Assembly: GCA_963829525.1 (NCBI GenBank)
Contig: CAWHIJ010000003.1
Location: 544,001 to 608,000, forward strand
Source: an uncultured Actinomycetota bacterium
Lineage (GTDB): Bacteria > Actinomycetota > Actinomycetes > JAHEKZ01
Length of the DNA stretch: 64,000 bases
Reading direction: 5' to 3'
This document shows, in pieces, positions 50,917-61,273 of the stretch. How positions within the stretch are numbered: the stretch's first letter is position 1; each line of letters starts with the position of its first letter. The notes below the pieces were generated by a model that had not been told where the DNA came from, did not search any database, and saw only the letters and a list, made by a program, of their open reading frames with translations. A program made the translations under genes and the position numbers.

Positions 50917-52299
50917 CTAGCCGTGAGCGACCTCCTGAAGAGCGATCGCGAGGGCATCGTGGATGTCGGCGACCGGCGAGATGGTGATGCCCTCTGGTAC
51001 CGGCCCGGTGTAGCGAGGGGTGATGGCGCGCCGAAAGCCCAATCTGCTGGCTTCCACGAGTCTCCGCTCGATGCCGGAGACAGCGCGCACCTCGCCGGCC
51101 AACCCGATCTCACCGAATGCCACAAGATCGGGGGCGAGGGGGCGGTCCATGCACGCGCTCGCCAGAGCCATGGTCAATGCCAGATCGGAGGCAGGTTCGC
51201 GAAGTTGCACCCCCCCGACGGTGGCCGCGTAGATCTCTGAGGCGACGAGGGGTACCCGGCCTCGACGCGTCAGCACGGCCACCACCATCGCGAGCCTGGA
51301 TGAGTCGAGTCCGGCACTGGTGCGGCGCGGGTTGTTAGCGGTGGTGGGGGAGACGAGGGCCTGAACCTCAGCGACGAGGGGCCGTCGTCCCTCCAGCGTC
51401 ACTGTGACGCAGGTGCCGGCCACCGGTGATGTGTGTCGGCCGATGAACAGCCCGCTGGGATCAGCTACGCCGTCGATCCCGTGGTCACTCATGACGAAGC
51501 AGCCCACCTCGTCGGTGGGGCCAAACCGGTTCTTCGTGGCTCGCCCAAGGCGGAGGGTGCTGTGCTGGTCACCTTCGAAGGTCAAGACAACGTCGACAAG
51601 GTGCTCGAGAAGCCGTGGGCCCGCGACCGAGCCGTCCTTGGTCACATGTCCAACGAGTACCGTCGCGATGGCGCGTTCCTTGGCCAGCCGGATGAGTGTT
51701 GTCGCCACTTCTCGCACCTGAGTGACCCCACCCGGCGCGCCGTCAACGTCCGGTGTCGAGACCGTTTGTACCGAGTCGAGTACCAGCAGCCCTGGGCCAA
51801 CTGCATCGATCTGTGTGAGGACCGCAGCCAAGTCTGTCTCCGCCGCGAGCCAGAGATTGGCATGCACTGCGTTGATCCGGTCTGCGCGCAGCCGGACCTG
51901 CGCCGCAGACTCCTCACCGGTGATGTACAGCGTCGTGACGCCTGCCCGAGCTGACCTCGCAGCGACGTCGAGGAGGAGGGTCGACTTACCGACGCCCGGC
52001 TCACCGGCCAGCAGGACCACGCCGCCGGCAATAAGGCCGCCGCCGAGCACTCGGTCGAGCTCGTCGACGCCGGTGCTTCGGCTGCGAGCGGCATCGACGT
52101 CCACTTCCAGGATGGGTCGCGCCGGACTGCTGACCGGACCAGCGGTGACCCCACGCGCTTTGGGGCCGGTCTCGTCGACGGTGCCCCACGCTTGGCACTC
52201 ACCACAGCGGCCGACCCACTTGGCGGTCGTCCAGCCACATTCAGCGCACCGGTAATCGGGGCGGGTCTGCCTAGCTGCGGGCCGGGTGCTTCCGGTCAC
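50917..52299 (-). CDS. radA: DNA repair protein RadA/Sms
   Basis: C4 zinc finger; GEPGVGKST and KNRFG motifs; Lon-like C-terminus; GAGGAGG RBS. Confidence 0.97.
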   Translation of the reverse strand: MTGSTRPAARQTRPDYRCAECGWTTAKWVGRCGECQAWGTVDETGPKARGVTAGPVSSPARPILEVDVDAARSRSTGVDELDRVLGGGLIAGGVVLLAGEPGVGKSTLLLDVAARSARAGVTTLYITGEESAAQVRLRADRINAVHANLWLAAETDLAAVLTQIDAVGPGLLVLDSVQTVSTPDVDGAPGGVTQVREVATTLIRLAKERAIATVLVGHVTKDGSVAGPRLLEHLVDVVLTFEGDQHSTLRLGRATKNRFGPTDEVGCFVMSDHGIDGVADPSGLFIGRHTSPVAGTCVTVTLEGRRPLVAEVQALVSPTTANNPRRTSAGLDSSRLAMVVAVLTRRGRVPLVASEIYAATVGGVQLREPASDLALTMALASACMDRPLAPDLVAFGEIGLAGEVRAVSGIERRLVEASRLGFRRAITPRYTGPVPEGITISPVADIHDALAIALQEVAHG

Positions 52300-52324
52300 G
52301 TGGTACCTCCTCGGTATGGAACGA

Positions 52325-52346
52325 ACGCTAGGACAGACCTCCGACA
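52325..52346 (-). promoter_or_regulatory. PafBC-type (RecA-independent) DNA-damage promoter of radA-disA
   Basis: TGTCGG-N10-TAGCGT on the minus strand. Confidence 0.7.
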
Positions 52347-52372
52347 TGGATAGGCCCAGGCGCGCGAGAGCT

Positions 52373-52418
52373 CACGGTCACACGGTCACACGGTCACACG
52401 GTCACACGGTCACACGGT
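52373..52418. repeat. 8-bp tandem repeat (CACGGTCA x5.75)
   Basis: Perfect units from 52373, overlapping the HNH gene stop codon. Confidence 0.92.
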
Positions 52419-53910
52419 TGCGCGTCGACTGCGGCGCCGCGCTCTTCGTCGGTGTCGGTGTCGGTGTCCGTGTCGACTCGGTGTCTCGGGCTATTCGCGG
52501 GGTGGTGGGTCGGGGTTGGTGGGGGATTTGGTCGGGGTTGGTGTATTGCCAGGGTTGGGTGTGAAACTTCCGTCCGGTGGGGGTGGTCCAGGTCATGATC
52601 CCGGTGGGGTCGAGTTCGGCGTTCCATCCGGGGGTGTGTTTGAGGCGGTGGTGCCGCCGGCACAGGACAGCGAGGTTGGTCGCTGCGGTGGGGCCTTGCG
52701 GCCAGGGCACGGTGTGGTCGAGGTCGGTGCCGGCGCTGTCGGCGGAGCGGCGGCAGCCGGGGAACCGGCAGGTCACATCCCGGGCGCGGACGGCCCGGTC
52801 CAGCCCTGCTGACGGCCGGTAGCGCTTCTCGGCTAGGTCGGTCAGGATCCCGGTGGTCGGGTCGGTCAGCAACCGCCGGATGCTGACAGGGGTTCCCATC
52901 TCAGAGCCGGTGCCGGCCCCAGTGCCAGACCCGGTGCCAGACCCAGTGCTGGTGTCAGTCCCGATCTGGGCCTCAAGCCCTGATCGCAGCAACTCTTCTA
53001 CTTCGGTGGCGGTGACCGGTCCCAGTCCGGGAACCCAGCCGGGTTGGTCGCTGTCTCCGGTGATCGTGTCGGCGGGCACGATCACCTGCAGGTTCACCGC
53101 CGGTGGGTGGGTGCGTCCGAGGAGTAGGTCGACCATCGTGTCGGCGCGGCGTTGGTCCATGGTCCGGGCATCACCGGCGTCGCTGCCGCCCAGCTGCTGG
53201 GCGCAGCTGGTCAGGGCTATCTGGATCTGTCTGGCCTGCACCGAGGGGAGCAGCGCCCACAGCTCGCTCATGCCGTCCTCGCCGGGGGTGATGACCACCC
53301 GCCGGTCCCCCATGGCTTGTTGCCGGCGAACCTCAGCCGCCCCGGGGTCCGAGGCGATCACCTTCCGGCGCAGCCACTCCCGCAGCTGCGGCGCGGTCCG
53401 GGACCTGCCGGGGACGGTGGCGTAGCCGACGGCATCGGCGGCTAGCGCCTCGACCTGTCCGGTGGTCACGGTGGCGGGATCGGAGCCGGGGTGCAGGTGG
53501 CTGAGCTGCTCGACGATCACCGCGACCTTACGCGCATCGACCCGGCCGGCCCGCCACGCCGCAGCGACCACCGGCAGGCCGGCGACCCGGCACGCGGTGT
53601 CATACCGGGCCACCGCGGCCATCTTCGTCCACCCCAGCAGCACCCCGATCTCATCGGGAACATACGTTTCGCGGCACTGCTGTGACCACATCGGGTCACC
53701 ACCGGCGACCACTTCGGCCCGGTCAGCGGCCCGCGCCCGGACCCCCATCTGCACCATGATCTGCGCTTGGTGAGCGGCCAACATCTGCGCTGCCTGCTCA
53801 CACGCCACCAGCTCGTCCCGAAGGGCGTCATCACCGAGCCGCGCGACCGGCATCGCAGCATCGAGCAGGCCATCAACCTGCTCGACGATGCTGACAGCTG
53901 AGGAGTTCAT
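52402..53910 (-). CDS. DUF222/HNH endonuclease (REP13E12-like) protein
   Basis: [36 protein letters not shown] and WTTPTG motifs. Confidence 0.9.
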   Translation of the reverse strand: MNSSAVSIVEQVDGLLDAAMPVARLGDDALRDELVACEQAAQMLAAHQAQIMVQMGVRARAADRAEVVAGGDPMWSQQCRETYVPDEIGVLLGWTKMAAVARYDTACRVAGLPVVAAAWRAGRVDARKVAVIVEQLSHLHPGSDPATVTTGQVEALAADAVGYATVPGRSRTAPQLREWLRRKVIASDPGAAEVRRQQAMGDRRVVITPGEDGMSELWALLPSVQARQIQIALTSCAQQLGGSDAGDARTMDQRRADTMVDLLLGRTHPPAVNLQVIVPADTITGDSDQPGWVPGLGPVTATEVEELLRSGLEAQIGTDTSTGSGTGSGTGAGTGSEMGTPVSIRRLLTDPTTGILTDLAEKRYRPSAGLDRAVRARDVTCRFPGCRRSADSAGTDLDHTVPWPQGPTAATNLAVLCRRHHRLKHTPGWNAELDPTGIMTWTTPTGRKFHTQPWQYTNPDQIPHQPRPTTPRIARDTESTRTPTPTPTKSAAPQSTRNRVTV

Positions 53911-53917
53911 GAACGAC

Positions 53918-53940
53918 ACTCTGCCAGCCACCACCGACAA
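53918..53940 (-). promoter_or_regulatory. PafBC-type leaderless promoter of the HNH gene
   Basis: TTGTCGG-N10-CAGAGT, 7 nt before ATG 53910. Confidence 0.6.
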
Positions 53941-54024
53941 GACGGATCGAGTTTCCCCAGGCACAGCCTGCCGAAACTCGACCCACCTCACCTCACACTA
54001 AACGCCCAAATCCGGCACCCAAAG

Positions 54025-54073
54025 GTGCACTCGACGAGCAGCGACGTCAACCTGATGTGCACTCGACGAGCAG
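54025..54073. repeat. 17-bp direct repeat pair
   Basis: GTGCACTCGACGAGCAG at 54025-54041 and 54057-54073. Confidence 0.8.
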
Positions 54074-54078
54074 TTGGG

Positions 54079-54912
54079 TCAGCGCTTGCGCGATGCCTTG
54101 CGCGAAGGAGCGGGTCGCTGGGATCCGGCGGCCTTGGTGGGCTTGGCCGCCGCCGTCTTCCCCAACGAGGCCTCCGCTGCCTTGACCGTCGCCGGATGGG
54201 GGGCTGGCCGGTTTCCTCCAGCCAAACGGTCCTCGCAGAGTCGACAGAGCTCGGCGTAGGCCGCTTCACCCATGAGCTCGACGAGCTCATCGCGGTTGCT
54301 GAGGTAGACCGGCTTGGTGCCGACATGGGCATCGCTGTTCGCTGTGCAGTACCAGTCGAGGTCGTGGCCGCCTGGCCCCCAACCCGCTCGCTCGTACTCT
54401 CCCACCACGATCTCGAGGTACTCGGTGCCATCGGGGCGCTCGACGTTCCGGTAGGTGCGCCGGATAGGCAACTGCCAGCAGACGTCAGGCTTGGTTGTGA
54501 CGATGCTGATGCCGCGGTCGAGGGCGAGCTTGTGCAGCGAACATCCGACGCCCGATGGGAAGCCGGGCCGGTTCAAGAAGACGCAGGCGCCGTCGACGAC
54601 CTTGGTCTTGCGTCCGCCTTCCTCATCCTTCTCGGTGATCTTTTCGGCGCCGTAGAACTGCCAGTCATCGGGACCCAGCTCCTTGGCCCACTTCTTCACA
54701 CGCTTCTCATCGTTCTTGTCGGAGAAGTGCGCACCCAGCGTGCAGCAGCCGTCGTCTGGTCGGTCGGCGTAGATGCCCTTGCACCCCGAACCGAAGATGC
54801 ATGTCCAGTAGCTCGTCAGCCAAGTGAGGTCGCAGCGGAAGACCTGATCGGCGTCAACTGGATCGCTGAACTCGACCCAGGCTCGCGGAAAGTTGAGGTT
54901 CACTTCAGGCAC
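54079..54912 (-). CDS. Conserved Cys-rich protein (DUF3109-like, possible Fe-S/Zn binding)
   Basis: [26 protein letters not shown] and KPDVCWQLP motifs; TACGCT -10 box 6 nt before the GTG. Confidence 0.82.
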   Translation of the reverse strand: MPEVNLNFPRAWVEFSDPVDADQVFRCDLTWLTSYWTCIFGSGCKGIYADRPDDGCCTLGAHFSDKNDEKRVKKWAKELGPDDWQFYGAEKITEKDEEGGRKTKVVDGACVFLNRPGFPSGVGCSLHKLALDRGISIVTTKPDVCWQLPIRRTYRNVERPDGTEYLEIVVGEYERAGWGPGGHDLDWYCTANSDAHVGTKPVYLSNRDELVELMGEAAYAELCRLCEDRLAGGNRPAPHPATVKAAEASLGKTAAAKPTKAAGSQRPAPSRKASRKR

Positions 54913-54954
54913 GGGGTCAGCGTAGGGCCCATCAGTGCGGGTAGCGTCAGCGGC

Positions 54955-55908
54955 ATGGGTGACGGAACCGGCGGAGGAGTGCGGCTGGGAGTTCTGGACG
55001 TCGGATCTAACACCGTGCACCTGCTGGTCGTTGACGCGCACCACGGGGCCGCGCCTCGCTCCGCGTACTCGTACAAGAGTGAACTGCGGCTCGCTGAGTT
55101 CCTGCGCGATGACGGCGGAATCGCCGAGGCCGGCGTCGCGGCGCTGACTGGGTTCGTCGGAGAGGCGGCGAAGATCGCAGAACAGGTCGGGGCTGAGGAG
55201 ATGCTCGCGTTCGCGACCTCTGCCGTCCGCGAAGCCTCCAACGGTGACGATGTACTGCGGGCCGTCAGGAGCGCGACGGGTGTCGACCTCGAGGTTCTCT
55301 CCGGCGCGGAGGAGGCCAGACTCACCTTCCTCGCAGTGCGACGTTGGTTTGGCTGGTCCAGTGGCCGCGTCCTCGTCCTCGACATCGGCGGCGGCTCGCT
55401 GGAGGTCGGGGTCGGCAACACCGAGGCGCCGGATGCTGCCTTCTCCCTTCCGCTTGGCGCTGGACGCCTGACCCGCGAGTTCCTCAACAGTGACCCGCCT
55501 GCGGCCGGCGACGTGAAGCACCTCCGCAAGCACGTTCGCCAGCTCCTGGCCGAGCAAGGTGCTGTCCTGGAAGTCACCGGTAACGCCTCGCACGTGGTCG
55601 GCACTTCCAAGACCTTCAAGCAGCTGGCACGGCTCACTGGCGCTGCCCCCAGCTCGGCCGGCCCGTACGTCCAACGTCACCTCCACCGCGACAAGCTTGC
55701 CGACTGGGTCCCGAGGTTGGCTCGGATGTCCGCCAAGCATCGGGCTGAGCTTCCCGGCATCTCACCTGGCCGGGCTCCTCAGCTCCTCGCCGGGGCCATC
55801 GTGGCCGAGTTGGTGATGGATGCCGTCGGAGCCGAGACGTTGGAGATCTGCCCGTGGGCCCTGCGAGAGGGCGTGATCCTGAGGCGCCTGGACTGGATGG
55901 GTCAGTGA
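54955..55908 (+). CDS. ppx: Ppx/GppA family exopolyphosphatase
   Basis: [28 protein letters not shown] and LREG motifs. Confidence 0.92.
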   Translation: MGDGTGGGVRLGVLDVGSNTVHLLVVDAHHGAAPRSAYSYKSELRLAEFLRDDGGIAEAGVAALTGFVGEAAKIAEQVGAEEMLAFATSAVREASNGDDVLRAVRSATGVDLEVLSGAEEARLTFLAVRRWFGWSSGRVLVLDIGGGSLEVGVGNTEAPDAAFSLPLGAGRLTREFLNSDPPAAGDVKHLRKHVRQLLAEQGAVLEVTGNASHVVGTSKTFKQLARLTGAAPSSAGPYVQRHLHRDKLADWVPRLARMSAKHRAELPGISPGRAPQLLAGAIVAELVMDAVGAETLEICPWALREGVILRRLDWMGQ

Positions 55909-56756
55909 ACATGCCGGTTCCCGATCAGATCGTCCAGGTGCCTCGAGCCCGCGTCGCGCTCTCGACCGCGTCGGTCTACCCAGAAACAACGGCGACGGCC
56001 TTCGAGATGGCGGCCCGTCTCGGGTACGACGGCATCGAGGTGATGGTTTCCACCGACCTCGTCAGCCAGGACGTATCGGCGCTGCAGCGCCTGTCGGATT
56101 ACCACGAGCTACCGATCGTTGCGATCCATTCACCGTGTCTGCTCATCACGCAGCGCGTCTGGGGGACTGAGCCTTGGGGCAAGCTGCAAACTGCGCAACG
56201 CACGGCGGAACAGCTGGGCGCATCGGTGGTCGTCGTACATCCACCCTTCCGCTGGCAGCGCGAGTACGCGAAAGGGTTTGTGGCCGGTGTCGCCGCGATG
56301 AACGACGAGACCGCCGTGCGGTTCGCGGTAGAGAACATGTTCCCCTGGCGCGCGCGCAACCGGGAGATCCAGGCTTACCTGCCTGACCACGATCCGACCG
56401 ACGAGGACTACACGTCAGTCACCCTGGACCTCTCGCACACGTCAGTAGCTGGCGACGACGCGATGGCGATGGCCCGCGGACTTGGAACCCGGTTGGCCCA
56501 CGTTCACCTAGGAGATGGATCTGGCGCCGCCAAGGATGAACACCTGGTTCCAGGACGCGGGACTCAGCCGTGTGCCGAGCTGCTGGAGCATTTGGCCGTC
56601 CTCGACTACAGCGGGCACGTCGTCCTCGAGGTGAACACGCGTCGGTGTACCACACGTGAGGAGCGCGAGAACGATCTCGCAGAAGCTCTTGCTTTCACCC
56701 GGCTAAACCTCGCCACCGGAATCGGGAAGCCCGCTGCCGAGGCCGGACCTCGATGA
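55905..56756 (+). CDS. Sugar phosphate isomerase/epimerase (xylose isomerase-like TIM barrel)
   Basis: GYDGIE, VENM, LDLSH, HVHL.D, DEHL.PG and VLEV motifs. Confidence 0.88.
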   Translation: MNMPVPDQIVQVPRARVALSTASVYPETTATAFEMAARLGYDGIEVMVSTDLVSQDVSALQRLSDYHELPIVAIHSPCLLITQRVWGTEPWGKLQTAQRTAEQLGASVVVVHPPFRWQREYAKGFVAGVAAMNDETAVRFAVENMFPWRARNREIQAYLPDHDPTDEDYTSVTLDLSHTSVAGDDAMAMARGLGTRLAHVHLGDGSGAAKDEHLVPGRGTQPCAELLEHLAVLDYSGHVVLEVNTRRCTTREERENDLAEALAFTRLNLATGIGKPAAEAGPR

Positions 56757-57472
56757 CAGATGAGTCGCCTGCGGTCATTTGCCAGGACCTTTGCGTGGTT
56801 CGTGGCGGGGTCACCGTGCTGCCAGGCCTCAGCGTCCGGGTGGCTTCCGGGCGCGTCACCGGCTTGCTCGGGCCGAGCGGGTCGGGGAAGACCACGCTGA
56901 TCCGTTCGGTCGTGGGTGTCCAGCAGGTGGCAAGTGGCACGGTGTCAGTCCTGGGGCTGCCTGCGGGAAGCGCAGAGCTTCGGCGTCGCGTCGCCTACGT
57001 GACGCAGGACGCGTCGGTGTACGCCGACCTGACCGTGGCGCAGAACGTTGGCTATTTCGCAAGCATCCTCGGTGCTCCTGACAGCGACCTCGATCGAGTG
57101 ATCGGTGAAGTGGGCCTTGAGGGCCGAGAGGGAGACCAGGTGGGGCAGCTTTCCGGCGGAGAGCGGTCGCGTGTCTCGCTCGCTGTTGCGCTACTGGGAA
57201 GCCCTGAGGTCTTGGTTCTCGATGAGCCGACGGTCGGCCTCGATCCGGTGCTGCGACGCGACCTCTGGGAGATGTTCGGCGGGCTCGCCGCGACCGGCCT
57301 TACGCTGCTCATTTCAAGCCATGTCATGGACGAAGCGTCGAGATGCGATGACTTGATGCTGCTGCGTGATGGACAACTTCTCGCGCACGACAGCGTCGCA
57401 GCCATTCTTACGTCGACCGGTACAAGCGACATCGAGTCGGCCTTTCTCTCCCTTGTCGAGGGCGAGCCGTGA
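56753..57472 (+). CDS. ABC transporter ATP-binding protein
   Basis: [18 protein letters not shown] and SH motifs. Confidence 0.93.
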   Translation: MTDESPAVICQDLCVVRGGVTVLPGLSVRVASGRVTGLLGPSGSGKTTLIRSVVGVQQVASGTVSVLGLPAGSAELRRRVAYVTQDASVYADLTVAQNVGYFASILGAPDSDLDRVIGEVGLEGREGDQVGQLSGGERSRVSLAVALLGSPEVLVLDEPTVGLDPVLRRDLWEMFGGLAATGLTLLISSHVMDEASRCDDLMLLRDGQLLAHDSVAAILTSTGTSDIESAFLSLVEGEP

Positions 57473-58200
57473 CGATCACTCGTACGGTTGCCACCGCGCG
57501 TCGGGTCGTCCAGCAGCTGCAGCACGATCACCGCACCGTCGCACTGATCCTGGTCGTTCCGTGTGTTCTGATGGGTCTGTTGGCGTGGATGCTCTCCGAC
57601 GCCGACTTCAACCAGTACGGCGCACCGTTGCTCGGCATCTTCCCGCTGATCGTGATGTTCCTGACCACGTCGGTAGCGACGCTGCGTGAGCGCGAGTCGG
57701 GAACTCTCGAGCGTCTTCTGTCGATGCCCATTGCGAAGGTCGATTTCGTCCTCGGCTACGCGCTGGCGTTCGGCCTTCTCGGTGTCGTCCAGGCGCTCGT
57801 TGTCTCGGGTCTGGCCGTCGGGCCTTTTGGCCTCGAGGTCGCTGGGCCCACCTGGGCATTGATCGTGGTTGCAGTGGTCGACGCACTGCTGGGTACAGCC
57901 CTGGGGCTCTTCGTCAGTGCCTTCGCCAAGACCGAGTTTCAAGCGGTGCAGTTCATGCCCGCGCTCATCCTTCCGCAGCTGCTTCTCTGCGGAATCGTCG
58001 TTCCGCGGGAGGAACTGCCCACCGCTTTGCGTCTGCTGTCGGATGTCCTCCCGATGTCGTACGCCGTCGATGCGACGACCGAGGTCATGACGTCAACCTC
58101 GATGTCTGCCGACTTCTGGCTCAACGTAGGAATCGTCGCGCTCTTCATGGCAGTCGGCCTGGCGCTGGGGGCCGGAACCCTGCGCCGACGGACCGAATAG
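57469..58200 (+). CDS. ABC-2 type transporter permease
   Basis: Six TM helices; RERESGTLERL..P and LPMSYA motifs. Confidence 0.92.
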   Translation: MTITRTVATARRVVQQLQHDHRTVALILVVPCVLMGLLAWMLSDADFNQYGAPLLGIFPLIVMFLTTSVATLRERESGTLERLLSMPIAKVDFVLGYALAFGLLGVVQALVVSGLAVGPFGLEVAGPTWALIVVAVVDALLGTALGLFVSAFAKTEFQAVQFMPALILPQLLLCGIVVPREELPTALRLLSDVLPMSYAVDATTEVMTSTSMSADFWLNVGIVALFMAVGLALGAGTLRRRTE

Positions 58201-58321
58201 CAAGCCTTTGTCCCAATTTGCGGTTAGACCGAACGGGTGACGCACCCCTAACCGTTCCGCCGATCGGGTGGGGGAGGCGAACACTGGCGCTGCTCGGGGA
58301 CGCCTGACCGGTGGAGACAGC

Positions 58322-58858
58322 ATGCGACTTCGGGCAATGCGGCAGCGCAGTCCGCTGCTGAATCACGATCAAGGCGCGTCAGCCGTGGAGTTCGCGCTCG
58401 TTCTGCCGCTGCTTCTTATGCTGGTCTTCGCCGTCATCGACTACGGATGGTGGTTCGGGGAGACACTCGGCCTGCGAAGTGGGGTCCGCGAAGCGGCTCG
58501 GCTCGGAGCCGTCAATGAGGTTACGGCCCCCGGAGGATCAGCCGACGCCATCAAGGCGGTCATGCTGGCACGCTCGCCACAGTTGGCGTCGAGTGCCAAC
58601 GACCTGGCTGTCGCGGTGCGGATCTACGGTCCTGGAGCTACGGGTGAGATACCTGGGACGGGTTCGACGCTTCTGATATGCGCACAGATGCCAGGCGAAT
58701 CGCTCTCCGGTCTGGGTGACGTTCTATACCCCCTGCCGAACAGTCACCGAGCTGAGGCCGCGATGCGACTCGAGAAGACTCCGGTGCTGTCTGACGACCA
58801 GACATCCAACTGGACGGGAACGTGCCAGATGGACGCAGCTGCCGCGGCCGCGCCATGA
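58322..58858 (+). CDS. TadE/TadG family pilin-like protein
   Basis: DQG-ASAVEFALVLP prepilin cleavage motif; REAAR. Confidence 0.88.
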   Translation: MRLRAMRQRSPLLNHDQGASAVEFALVLPLLLMLVFAVIDYGWWFGETLGLRSGVREAARLGAVNEVTAPGGSADAIKAVMLARSPQLASSANDLAVAVRIYGPGATGEIPGTGSTLLICAQMPGESLSGLGDVLYPLPNSHRAEAAMRLEKTPVLSDDQTSNWTGTCQMDAAAAAAP

Positions 58859-60278
58859 AGCATCAGCGGGAAGGCGGCGCAGTCGCAATCGTGGTGGCGC
58901 TGACTGCAGCGTTGCTCTTCGTCTTCGGGGCGTTCGCCGTCGACCTGGGTGCGGCGTACTCTGAGCGCCGAGTCGACCAGACCTCCGCGGACGCGGCGGC
59001 CCTGGGCGGAGCCAACGCGCTGCCGGACATGGGTGGGTCGACTAACAATGCGTTGCGTGACGCCGGAGCGTTTGTCGAGGCGAATCTGGCGCCCCCCGAA
59101 AGCGGGTGGAAGGCGGCCTGGGATGCATGCACCGATGTGAAGCACTTAGCAATCACCGGCTCAACCTACGGCCCGTGCGTGTCGGTCAGCTCGTACGGGA
59201 CCAGGGTCCGAGTGGTCATCCCCACACGTGAGGTGAAGACGACGCTCGCAAGGGCGATGGGTATCGAGACCATCTCGGTGTCGGCGTTCGCCGAGGCTCA
59301 GATCGAGTTCATGTACTCAGCAGGTGTGCTGCCCTTCGGTCTCCCGGCCGCTCGAGCGAACGACACGGAAGTATGTCTGAAGACAGGCCCGAACGGCTTC
59401 GCCCCGGCAATCGCTCCCTGTGCCGGCTCGAACGAGGGCAACTTCGGCCCGTTGGACTTCTCATTCTTCGGGAACGCCGCGGCCGGCACGCTCACCGCCT
59501 GCACCGGGCCGGACAGCATCCAGTTGATCGTCAACACCATTCTTGGCGTCGACCACCCGCTGTCGGTGTACACCGGAACCGTGCGCGACGACACGGTGGC
59601 CTGCAAAGCGGGAGCCGATCCCGGCGATAGGCCCAATCAGGCCTACTCGCAGACCGGCTTCGGAAGCACCTTGGACACTGGCCTGGTCTCCGGCACGAAT
59701 ACTCCCGGCGAGTGCTTAAAGGTCGGCTGGCCAATACTCCGTTTGAGGCAGTGACCGTGCGCAATGGGCGCCCACCGCTGGACAACCGCCCGCTGTGGTC
59801 CTACATCGACAGCGAGCTGCAGTTCGGAACAGTTGTGCCCCTGTCGTGCGACCCAGCGGGTATCAGCGATCGATTGGGCATGCGACGGTGTCTCGACGAC
59901 TACCGGACAGGAGCGGGATGTTCGGGGGGTTGTCAGCCGTTGTTCAGCGCCGACCTCGACTCCGACGGCGCAGCAGATCTGCAGCAGACGCCACGCTTTG
60001 CGTACGTCCCGCAACTGCTGGCCAGCACAATGGGGGGTGGAAACACGCCGCACCAGTTCACCGCCTTTCGGCCAGTGTTCATCCAGACCCTCTTCTTCGG
60101 GTGCAACGCGTCCTCCTGTGCCCTCACCTGGAACCCCGGCGAACCGTTGAGGGTCCGAACCAGCCGCGACGCCCAGGCGCTCACCGCGTTCGTTCTTCCG
60201 GACGGGGCGTTGCCGCAGTCGATCGTCGACAATGCCCCAGGGATGAGAGGGACACCGAAGGTGGTGCTCTACCGCTAA
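58855..60278 (+). CDS. TadG-like Tad-domain protein, split by an apparent 1-nt deletion near 59710
   Basis: EGGAVAIVVA..VDLG..Q.SADAAAL N-terminus; Cys-rich body continues in ORF 59712-60278. Confidence 0.75.
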
Positions 60279-60302
60279 TGCCGACGGCCGTACGCTGAGA
60301 CC

Positions 60303-61232
60303 GTGATGCTGCGCGGAACACTCCTCTCCCTCGCAGGCAGCGAGGCGGTCAAGAACGCGGTGACGTCGGCTCCCGGAATCGGCGACATCGTCACCCGCTT
60401 CGCCGCCGGTGAGTCCGATGATGACGCGATGCGCGCCACCAGTGACCTGCAGGACGAGGGCTTCGCTGTCACCCTCGACTACCTGGGCGAGGACACCCTC
60501 GTCCGCCAACAGGCTGCCGAGACCGCCGGTGCCTACGTAAGGATTCTCGCCAGACTTGCCGATGCTGGACTTGCGCCCGGGGCCGAGGTCTCCGTCAAGC
60601 TCTCCGCTATCGGCCAGGCACTCCCGGATGGGGGCGACGAGATCTCCACCGACAATGCAAGGGCCATCTGCGCTGCCGCCGCGGAGGCAGGGACAACGGT
60701 CACCCTCGACATGGAGGACCACACCACGACCGACCTGACTCTGGGCACCCTTGCTGCGCTGAGGGCCGACTTTCCCGACACCGGCGCAGTCCTGCAGGCC
60801 TACCTGCACAGGACTGAGGGTGACTGTCGTGACCTGGCTGTGGCTGGTTCCCGCATTCGACTCTGCAAGGGGGCCTACAACGAACCGGAGTCGGTCGCTC
60901 TGCAGTCCCGGGCTGACGTCGACCGCAACTATGTCCGGTGCATGAAGGTCCTGCTGTCCGGCGGTGGCTACCCGATGTTCGCTACGCACGACGACCGCCT
61001 TATCTCGATCGCTGAGGCGCTGACCCATCGGTTCAACCGGGCATCAGGCAGCTACGAGTTCCAGATGCTCTACGGCGTTCGCCGGGATGAGCAGCGACGG
61101 CTCCTGAACGACGGTGAGAAGGTTCGCGTCTACGTTCCTTACGGAACCGAATGGTATGGCTACCTGGTTCGACGCATGGCGGAGCGTCCGGCCAACCTCA
61201 GTCTCGGCATCCGTGCCATTCTTGAGCGTTAG
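60303..61232 (+). CDS. Monofunctional proline dehydrogenase
   Basis: LDYLGE, SVKLS, LDMED, RLCKGAY, ATHD, EFQMLYG and YVPYG motifs. Confidence 0.93.
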   Translation: MMLRGTLLSLAGSEAVKNAVTSAPGIGDIVTRFAAGESDDDAMRATSDLQDEGFAVTLDYLGEDTLVRQQAAETAGAYVRILARLADAGLAPGAEVSVKLSAIGQALPDGGDEISTDNARAICAAAAEAGTTVTLDMEDHTTTDLTLGTLAALRADFPDTGAVLQAYLHRTEGDCRDLAVAGSRIRLCKGAYNEPESVALQSRADVDRNYVRCMKVLLSGGGYPMFATHDDRLISIAEALTHRFNRASGSYEFQMLYGVRRDEQRRLLNDGEKVRVYVPYGTEWYGYLVRRMAERPANLSLGIRAILER

Positions 61233-61273
61233 GTGATCAGGAATCGCCTCGACGTTGTGCGGAGGAGTGAGTG

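Noticed and set aside
54025-55908. 627-aa and 553-aa overlapping antiparallel ORFs
   Set aside because: Each is a real gene extended upstream through the antisense strand of its divergent neighbour. The true starts are 54955 (+) and 54912 (-).
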